Positions 54,653-64,000 of a stretch of DNA of 64,000 nt are shown here, piece after piece (position 1 is the stretch's first letter; the number at the start of each line of letters is the position of its first letter). The stretch is from Paraspadella gotoi (Eukaryota > Animalia > Chaetognatha): positions 10,383,615 through 10,447,614 of the forward strand of contig CM119264.1 in the NCBI GenBank assembly GCA_051294375.1. Direction: 5' to 3'. Under the pieces are notes generated by a model. That model had not been told where the DNA came from, did no database searches, and saw nothing but the letters and a program-made list of their open reading frames with translations. A program made the position numbers and the translations under genes.

Positions 54653-57491
54653 TGAGTCCGGTCGTCGTCGAGCGTCACGCGCTTCACTTCCGGTCTAAAC
54701 ATTTCTGTCCGCATTAACTTTCGATTCGTTCCATTCATCTNNNNNNNNNNNNNNNNNNNNNNNNNNNNNNNNNNNNNNNNNNNNNNNNNNNNNNNNNNNN
54801 NNNNNNNNNNNNNNNNNNNNNNNNNNNNNNNNNNNNNNNNNNNNNNNNNNNNNNNNNNNNNNNNNNNNNNNNNNNNNNNNNNNNNNNNNNNNNNNNNNNN
54901 NNNNNNNNNNNNNNNNNNNNNNNNNNNNNNNNNNNNNNNNNNNNNNNNNNNNNNNNNNNNNNNNNNNNNNNNNNNNNNNNNNNNNNNNNNNNNNNNNNNN
55001 NNNNNNNNNNNNNNNNNNNNNNNNNNNNNNNNNNNNNNNNNNNNNNNNNNNNNNNNNNNNNNNNNNNNNNNNNNNNNNNNNNNNNNNNNNNNNNNNNNNN
55101 NNNNNNNNNNNNNNNNNNNNNNNNNNNNNNNNNNNNNNNNNNNNNNNNNNNNNNNNNNNNNNNNNNNNNNNNNNNNNNNNNNNNNNNNNNNNNNNNNNNN
55201 NNNNNNNNNNNNNNNNNNNNNNNNNNNNNNNNNNNNNNNNNNNNNNNNNNNNNNNNNNNNNNNNNNNNNNNNNNNNNNNNNNNNNNNNNNNNNNNNNNNN
55301 NNNNNNNNNNNNNNNNNNNNNNNNNNNNNNNNNNNNNNNNNNNNNNNNNNNNNNNNNNNNNNNNNNNNNNNNNNNNNNNNNNNNNNNNNNNNNNNNNNNN
55401 NNNNNNNNNNNNNNNNNNNNNNNNNNNNNNNNNNNNNNACGCCCATGCGAGCTTCATCACGCCCCCCTTGCCCCGCCGAACAGATGCCTCACTACCCCCG
55501 CCAAACGGTCGCCAACGGTCACCAAGCCATTTTAAATTCGATTTCACTTTAGCTTCTTTAGCTTATGTGTACATATTGTCAGAATTTAGTCTTTACAGAC
55601 GCATGAAGCGCGACTTAAGTACGCCGTTAAGTTTTCGGGCCGCTCCTGAATCGGAGTGAGAACAGTAAGTTTTGTATTTCAGACATTTTTGAGCGGCGTT
55701 GCCAGTCACCGAGAAATTGATATTACTAGCGTAGTTAAAAATTACAAACCCCTACTCTGCCATTCTACTCTCCCTCCCATATCCCCTTTTACTTCCTCGC
55801 AATAGTTTTCTTTTTCTCCCCGAATTTTCGCTACAATAAAAAGCAAATAAACAGATGTAAACAGCGAATCGGAATCGAGGCTTTCGAATTTTGAGAAATC
55901 GAGAACGAGGCTGATGGAATCAAAGCCGGTGTCGTCTGCGTCGAGTTTTCGGGGAAAGCCAAATTCTGGGTCATTTTTGACGAAAACCCGACAACCTGTC
56001 TGCTCTTGCTAAGCGAATCAAATCAAATATAATTAATCGGAAGTTTGCGGTAAAACCATCCGTCGAATTCGCGGAATGTTGGACAAAAATTAATACGAAC
56101 GACGATGACGACGACAATAACGACGATGATATCGACGCCAACGACGATAAGGACGTCGGAATTTCGCCGGAAATAGTCGTTGGGCCAAAAACGTCCTTGA
56201 CTCGACTTTAAGAGCGATGAAAGCGGAGAACAACGCCATCTCTTCCATCGTCGCTATTTTTATGGCGACTTCCAACTTCTCTCAAATTCCTTTTTCGTCG
56301 TCGCTTCTTTTTTCCCAAACTTTTCATACATTCCGTCATTCTTTCATGAATGTATCATAAAACAATATTATATAAACAGTTCACATTGTTTTCTCGGTCA
56401 TCGTGATAACCTTCTGGGTCACCTTTTCGCAATTGCTTTTACCATCACCATAATCATCGCTGAATCTTCCCTCTACAACCGCTAAGCTAACGACTTTTTA
56501 CGATATCGTTTTTTGACGAGTCGTCTGCTTTATGTCCTCATCTTTTTAATTTTTTCCCTTTTTTTTTTGTTAAGAAAAAAGATACTGAGTTTTTGTATTT
56601 TTCTCTTTTTTTAACTAGGCAGTCCTCGCGTCGAAATGAATTCGTTTTTATCCTTTTAAATTGTAATTTTTCATACTATTTAATTTATAGAACAGAATTT
56701 CTGCTTTCAAAGTTGTTGTTATTACGTACATGTAATTAAAGTAGGACAAAAAAAAATATTCTAGGGCTAAGTTCCAAACGTTTATAAAAAGCTCTCTTTA
56801 CAGATGTTAACAATTTAACATTTACGTTTTAACAACGCTTATAAAGGGAAGCCATAAAAAACATACTTTTTTCTAGATAGGGTATGATTTTCGCCGTGCT
56901 CCATTTTCCCAATTAACCTTTCCTATTAACTTTGTAATAACGAGAGAGAAATATCGAATATGACGCCGAGGACGACGACACCGACGACGACACCGACGAC
57001 GACAGCGACGACGCCAGCGACTACGACGACCACATCATGGAAAATTAGCTTTCGCACCAATTAAAGCCGAACGTTTTTGTTCCTCCGGCCGAGGGCTAAA
57101 TTGCGAAAAAGGTCGGGCCTTTGCCGGTCGCCACTTATCACCGACCGGGCGCCACTTACTTGTTGCCACTTACCTCTTTTCTCGGCCGAAAAAGGTAAAG
57201 GTGAAGGAGGAAGAAAAAAAAATTGGGGAAGGAATCGAGGTGAGTAATGTGTCTCTAAGAGGTAAGTAAGGAAAATTGAGCCAGACTCGTTCCAACTGAT
57301 ATCCTGTCTAAATCGGGATTCAAATTGATACAATGTATACAATATGTAGTGTAATCTTTTATTTCTTTTTTTCCTTCAAGATAAAAAAAAATTTTAAAAC
57401 TCATTATTAGCATGATTGTTCCACCGGTCCCATGACTCTCCAGTGAGTCTCCACTCTCCAGTCTCCACCTCTTTCTCTTCTTTACTTCGAG

Positions 57492-57567
<76 letters not shown>

Positions 57568-58102
57568 GTTCTCCTCCCCGCGCTCCAAGGCCTTGAGCGA
57601 AGGGGAGTGGCGCTAAAACGGGAAGAAGCCTCAATTAAGGCCGATTTGAATAAAGTCGCGAGAGTGGAAGAGAAGAGAGTGAACTTAAAGCGGGGCGCGG
57701 CCTTTCTCCGCCCCCATCTCCCCCACCGCCCCTAATCCCCTTCCTCGCGCTTTTCGCCTTCCTTCACGGTCCATCTTGAACAACCCTTTTTGTAAGTATT
57801 AAGTTTCATCTGTTGAATTCTTTAACTAACCATTTAACAACATCAGCCAGCGTTCCCGATAACTTAATTCGTTTTCAAGGATGTTCTCATTCGTTACCCG
57901 ACATTTTTTTTTCATCGAAGAAGTCGGTAAAAAAACCAAGTTTTTTTTTCTTTCCAAATAGTCCTATTTTTTTTAAATTCTTTTAGTTTCTCTCTTCTTC
58001 CCAAACGTTTTTTTTTCCTTTCTAATTTCACCTTCTCTTCCGGTTCCGCGTCAGATTCTATTGTCTCCGGTTTATTGTCTTCCGTTCGGCCCCGTGATCG
58101 CA

Positions 58103-58156
<54 letters not shown>

Positions 58157-58489
58157 TTCCAACGCTCCTCCTCCCCACCAACGAAAGAGGCGCCAGTTTC
58201 GATGCAAATTTCATGAATCTCAAGTCCCGCGCGGATTTTAATCAACTTTACTCTTTCCGTGTCGGTTAACCGACCGATTGTAAACTATCGTCTTTCTGGG
58301 GAGGTTTTCTTTTTATTTATTTCTTTTTTTTTAAGGAACGTGGTTGAAATAATAATTATAAAAATTATGATTTATACTCAAAATTAATCTTTATTCAAAC
58401 GAGTTACATTAAATTATATTAAAAATACTAGAAATTCTTGTCACTCAAGGAAATTCGAAGAGAAAGAGAGAGAGAGAGAGAGGAGAGAG

Positions 58490-58526
<37 letters not shown>

Positions 58527-59295
58527 AGAGAGAGAGAGAGACAGAGAGAGAGAGATAGTAAGAAAGAAGAGAGAGAGAGAGAGAGAGAATTTCAAAAGGC
58601 AGTGAGGCGCGAACCCTGAGGAATAACTAAGCAGACACGCAAATCGCTTTCACCTAGTTTCCTTTGTCGGGAAATCAGTTATAAATTCTGACGCGAGGTC
58701 TAACCTGTCGCTTCCCAAGGACGTAATTTTCAAAACGACTCGCGAAATGTTTCAAAATTTATCACGATTTAAATCATTTGTTGTCTCGAAAATTTAAGTT
58801 GCACTTCCTTTTTTGTAAGAATTTTATTTGTTATAAGCAGCTGCACCAGGTCCAGGAACAAAAATTAAAGTGGAAACGTCATTGACTCGTTTTGACGTAT
58901 TATCACCACCCGTTAAATTGGATTCTTCCGACAAACATGGTTCACTTGTTCTTCTGTCACTCGTCCCTTAATCCTTGATAATCATTGTTTACCTTAAAAG
59001 TGTAGCTCTGGTTTTCTGTGTCTTTCATCCAACTAGCTGATTCATCGAATTCATAAAATGCGAATCTCCATAGGATATAAAAAAAATACAGGCGTTATAC
59101 CGTTTGTTTGGGCCATTACAATATCATTTAAAACATTTAAGAATATGTTAAAGATACATAACTCTGATCCACATGATATGTTCAACTTTTTAATTAATGA
59201 GATGGGAACCTTAATCTACCATCAAAACGTTGAGGATTCGCTATGCAAACCAAAAGATTTTCAAAACTACACATTGCCAAACAGTCGGTGGTTGC

Positions 59296-59703
59296 AGCAT
59301 TGTACCCACGTAGTATTGTGCCCATAAAATTGCGCCCCGAGGATTGTACCCACGTAGCATTGCGCCCACATACAATTGCACCCATAGTATTCCACCCACG
59401 TAAGATTGCGCCCACATGGGATTCCGCCCCGTGGGATTCCGTCCACCTAAGACTGCGCCCGTAGAATTGAGCCCATAGTATTTCGCCCATAGGATTGCAC
59501 CCGACATAGGATTGGGCCCACTTAGGATTCATCCCACTTAGCATTGGGCCCGCAGGATTGAGCCCACAGAAATGCGCCCATAGGATTGCACCTACATAGG
59601 ATTGGGCCCACGTTGGATTCCGCACACGTAGGATTCCGCCCACATAGGATTGAGCCCACGTAGGATTCCGCCCATCTGGGATTCCGCCCACATAGGATTC
59701 CTC
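59296..59703 (+). repeat. Degenerate minisatellite, ~13-17-bp units of GGATT(C/G)NGCCCACATA type
   Basis: Over 20 variants such as ggattgcgcccacat, ggattgggcccac, ggattccgcccacata. Most homogeneous at the right end, which stops at CTCATTCCTCAAGGTACC. Confidence 0.85.
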
Positions 59704-62266
59704 ATTCCTCAAGGTACCAATTTTGAATGCTATATCTCAAGAACTCAGCAAAGGCGGTGAAATTCGGCAGACGGACGGACGGGCGGACAAAGCCGAGAAA
59801 GGACTGTCCCAAAAAGAGAAACGAGCTTCCCTGCTACGCTCCACATCCCCATTCCCCAATCGTACCTCGGCTTACGATACGAAATATAGTTCGGCGCCCT
59901 GGGGATGGGAGAATCTGGCAAACTATAACTAAAAAAGAAGGGCACGTAGGGAATAAAAGAGAAGGCACAACGGAATTCTACAGGACCAATTTGTCCGGGT
60001 TAACGAGGACGGGTCAGCAGGGGCAACTTCAATTGCTAAAGGTTTGTTTGCTTCGCTTGAGAATCCAGGAGTTTTTTTCAGCAAAAAGGGATTTCATTGA
60101 TTGGGCTGGATGTCTGGGTAACTAAACACCCAGAATTAACAAAGGGGGTTTCATGGATCATTTAAATTTAACCTATAAAAACTAAAAGTCGATGGGTTCA
60201 TGTTCTTAACTCTGACCTTTTTCCACAGAAAAATCACCCTGGAGAGAAAACGTAGCAGGTCGGCAAACCTGGATCTTTTTTATGACTTTCCCTTTTCACT
60301 TTTTTTTGCGTTTTATAGTTTTGTTTTAAGTTTTAATCCAAATATTAGAAAAATACACCGTTTTTAAAACTAGTTATTTTGATCTTAAAAAAAAAAGAAA
60401 CTTTCGAGCTTCTACTTTTTTCTAATGGATCACCGTCATTGATCTCGATTAATTCTGCTCCCAAAGATTTCAGAATAAGATATTCGCCTTGAACATGTTG
60501 CTTTTATCGAAAAAGAGAAAAAAAATGGTTGCCAGTTGTTGGGAATTGTGAAAATATCATCGCTTTTCGGTAAGTCGGGACAGAAATAGTTTGAACAAAG
60601 AAAGTCGGAGATGCCCACGATAACTTTGCTGATCCGTTAATCATTAATAATTTAATTCATAATTAAATCATAAATGTCCCTTACAATATTTTGGTCAATC
60701 TTTCTCCCTTACAATCATAGCCAGCGCCGGTCATTTTATCTCATTACTTTTGGTATTTTTTGAAACCGACTCGGCAGTTGTTTTATGAACTTTTTTTTTG
60801 GATTAACGTCGCTCATCTGAAAACCGTTGTTTTTACACTTATATTTTTGTCACGATATTGCCACTTTCTGCCACCGAAAATGTACGTCTCCTTGTAAGAA
60901 ATTCGCGTTCTACACTTAGCGGAGATTCTTTAGTAATTGAGACTCTTGTCAAAACTATTTTTGGATGGACGATGCTTTGAACTCCTTGGAACCCAAGCGT
61001 GGAGATTGAAGGTCTTTTGCAGAAATAGTGTCGAATGACCAGCAATTCCACTTTAAATTGAATTGTCTGAGTTGAAATGAGTTACTTTAAATAGAAAAAA
61101 ACCAAAAATTACGTTAATCAATTTAATATTAATTTTAATTTAATATTAATTAACGGCTCAATGATCGTAGGCAGATCCGTCATTGTTTACTCAAAATTCG
61201 TTTCTCCTCCGCTCAGGGTCAATATTTTAAGATCGCTCCATCTCCTTTTTTTTTTTTACTTCCTACCTCTCTTTCTCTTTTATTATTTCTTTTCATTCCT
61301 TATCATATCTTCTTTTTCTTTTCTTCCCCCCCAACTTTCCTGCCAATCGTAGATTCCGTCCGTACGTTTCTTCTCCTTAAACGCGGAATCGTAGGAAGAA
61401 GTCGGAGAAAATGAGAGAAGGGGGATTTTCGGTAGAGAGGTAAATGACTACGGAACCTCAATGATCATGGTCGGTTTCTGTCTATTCTTTTCTGTCTTTC
61501 TTTTTGTTCTTCTTTCTCTTTCCTTTCTTTCTTTCTTTTCTTTTTTCCTTTTTTCCTTCTTTCTTTTCTTTTCTTTTCTTTCTTCTTCTTATTTTTTCTT
61601 TCTTTCTTTCCTTTTCTTTCCTCTGTCATCATTTCTAGATCCTCTCTCCTCTCTCTTCTGTGATCCCTCTTCTTATCTCATCTCTCCTCTCCTGCATCTC
61701 CTTCTCTCCTCTCTCTCTCTCCCTTCTCCTCTTCCCTCTATTCTCTCTCTCTCTCTCTCTTCATCCAAATTTCAATTTCTTCTCTCTCACGCTCAACAAC
61801 ACCGGCGATTTCTTTCTGATTTTCCTTTTAATTTTCATTTCCTTCTGTTTACTCGTCCGCTCTTTTCTCCTTTTTGTTATAGCCTTTTTTTTCCCCCCCC
61901 CCCTCCGCCCCCCATTCCTCGTCTCCGGGCTCCGGCTTCTTTTTCCCTTCTCATGGTGTCGATTTTTCAGTTTCTGTTGACTCCTTAATTTCTATTTTCA
62001 TTTTTCTTCTCGGCTTAAATTTGTCTTCTCTCTCTAACCCGTCGATCCTATGGTAAATCTTTACTCTTCAATTACTGCACTATAGTATGTATATTTGATA
62101 GTTTTGCTAATTGAATATTTGACATTCTTTCTACACTTTCTCTCTGCAACTCCGCCTTTTTTGCCGAAGTTAATTCATATTTGATTCAAATTAAAATAAT
62201 TATAATATTTTCCTTAATTTTCTTAAGATTTTTTCTTTTCGTCGCTTCGATCTTTGACCACGCGGC

Positions 62267-62453
62267 ATGGGCGCGCCGACCATGACGCCACCCCGAAACG
62301 CGTCGACGTCTGGCGTCCTTCTCGTCGTCGTTAGCGTCGCCTTCGTTTATTTTTCACTGATTCCAATTTGCGACGGAGCGGATTCGTCGTCCTCGTTATC
62401 GTCGTCATCGTCATCTCTGCCTGTAATGATAAAAACTAATCAAAATTACGACG
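62267..62453 (+). CDS. First exon of a putative secreted or membrane protein (signal peptide)
   Basis: GGC-ATG-G context. MGAPTMTPPRNASTSGVLLVVVSVAFVYFSLIPICDG/ADSSS has an h-region and a small-residue cleavage site. Phase-1 donor G|GTTATG at 62453/62454, followed by AT-rich intron-like DNA. Confidence 0.5.
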
Positions 62454-63091
62454 GTTATGTTATTTGACTTATTAGAAGAAAATTGAATTTCATGGTTACA
62501 TTACTATTCCCATCCTAAATTGAGTTTCCACAAAATTCTTTCATTTCCACTGCATTAACAGTATTTTGCCGACGATCTACTGAAGGAGTAAGGTTGCCCA
62601 TTTTTCATCGCAATCCGATTTTTAGCCTTTTTTTTTTCTATTAGGTTTGCTTAGACAGGGTAATCCTAACGGATTCCAAACTCACCTCTCTTTTCGCTCA
62701 AAGGACTCCTAATCTCGTTCACGGATGGACGCTCACAGATTTGCATGAGNNNNNNNNNNNNNNNNNNNNNNNNNNNNNNNNNNNNNNNNNNNNNNNNNNN
62801 NNNNNNNNNNNNNNNNNNNNNNNNNNNNNNNNNNNNNNNNNNNNNNNNNNNNNNNNNNNNNNNNNNNNNNNNNNNNNNNNNNNNNNNNNNNNNNNNNNNN
62901 NNNNNNNNNNNNNNNNNNNNNNNNNNNNNNNNNNNNNNNNNNNNNNNNNNNNNNNNNNNNNNNNNNNNNNNNNNNNNNNNNNNNNNNNNNNNNNNNNNNN
63001 NNNNNNNNNNNNNNNNNNNNNNNNNNNNNNNNNNNNNNNNNNNNNNNNNNNNNNNNNNNNNNNNNNNNNNCCGCCTTTACATTTCCTACAG

Positions 63092-63281
63092 CGCGGGCGA
63101 CTCGAGAGGCAAAGATCGAAAAGGTTATCTTCATATTCGAACGTCGAGGACGCCCAAAGCCCGGATGTCGCTGCACCTGACGGTATAAGCTCAAATGTCG
63201 TAAAACGCAACGAGAGAGGCCCGGATGTAACGCGAATTTCCGACAAACACCCGAACGCCGCGGATCGAAGCGTTGCGGTCG
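63092..63281 (+). CDS. Putative internal exon of the same gene (RGRLERQRSKRLSSYSNVEDAQSPDV...)
   Basis: Acceptor-like tttcctacag (AG 63090-63091), or the exon starts inside the gap. Open frame to a strong donor G|GTAAGT at 63281/63282 (phase 1). Confidence 0.45.
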
Positions 63282-63475
63282 GTAAGTGGGAAACGTCGTC
63301 GTTGTTCTCGTCCTCTTCGTCGTCGTCGTCGTCGGAGAAACGAAAAAAGGTCTCACGGTTGAGGACGTGGCAGCGGCGTCATTTTGGGATGAACGGGACC
63401 GAGGTTGCCCATGTTGTCCTCGTTGTCGTCCTTGCAGAGGCCTGTCCCAATCTCAATCGATGAATTTTTACGCAG

Positions 63476-63655
63476 AAAATTTGGAAATTTTTCAACGTCG
63501 ACGAAATCGCGACGACAACAGCGACGATCGTCATCATCTGGACGACAAGGGAACCGTCATTATCGACAACGCAACCGACAAACGCTTCGTCAATCGCACG
63601 GCGGGAAACGCTAATGGCACCAAGGTCAAATTTGAATCAGAACGCGATAATTTGG
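63476..63655 (+). CDS. Putative next exon (ENLEIFQRRRNRDDNSDD...NATDKRFVNRTAGNANGTKVKFESERDNL)
   Basis: Acceptor tttttacgcag (AG 63474-63475) is phase-compatible with the 63281 donor. Ends at G|GTTGGT (phase 1). Three N-X-T sequons fit an extracellular protein. Confidence 0.45.
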
Positions 63656-64000
63656 GTTGGTTTTTTTTTTAAGGGTTCGTCCTCGTGATTTTTAGAGATC
63701 TTGTGGAATGAACAATAATTTAGGGGTCCTTAAATCGGAAAAATTTGAATTGATTTCAGATTTTAAAAAATATACAATACTCTCCATAAAGGGACAATCT
63801 CAATCAAGCGGACGTCAATAAACGATAAACAATTACATCTCGATATGCGAGAATGAATTCATCGATTTAAACTTAAAGAGTTTATGGTCTTGAACTTACC
63901 AATATTGCAGAATTTTTGGATTTGATCGTAATTCACTTACCTTCTCAATCCGTCCTCCCTCGACTCACTCAGATCTCTGCCTCTAAAAAGTGGGTGCGGC

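Noticed and set aside
59296-59703. CRISPR-like array
   Set aside because: Units are contiguous and degenerate with no unique spacers, no cas genes are present and the context is eukaryotic.
59194-59712. 172-aa repetitive ORF (NPTWAQSYVG repeats)
   Set aside because: Translation of a minisatellite whose unit lengths are not multiples of three; the same motif appears in different frames.

Overview
Eukaryotic, most likely small-invertebrate, draft-assembly sequence. It is AT-rich, dense in microsatellites ((CT)n, (GAC)n, (GAT)n, (AAAG)n, (AAT)n), has spliceosomal GT-AG signals, metazoan-type promoter motifs and ten N-gaps. I recognise no named gene, RNA gene, CRISPR array or prokaryotic system, and most listed ORFs are read-through of simple repeats. 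Two large structures dominate. (1) A ~21 kb palindrome (arms ~13536-23920 and ~24157-34566, 236-bp spacer) with an error-rich right arm, most likely a fold-back read chimera pasted into the assembly. (2) Three tandem versions of a ~3.4-kb unit (~40103-50820), also probably long-read gap-fill redundancy. Comparing the three versions exposes two clean filled/empty insertion sites: a 678-bp hAT-type MITE (8-bp TSD CTGGGCAA) only in copy A and a 579-bp solo-LTR-like element (TG..CA, 4-bp TSD TGTC) only in copy C. The best gene candidates are a 541-codon minus-strand ORF under a double-CCAAT promoter (6309-7854) and a signal-peptide-bearing multi-exon gene at 62267-63655. I found no convincing novel biological system.
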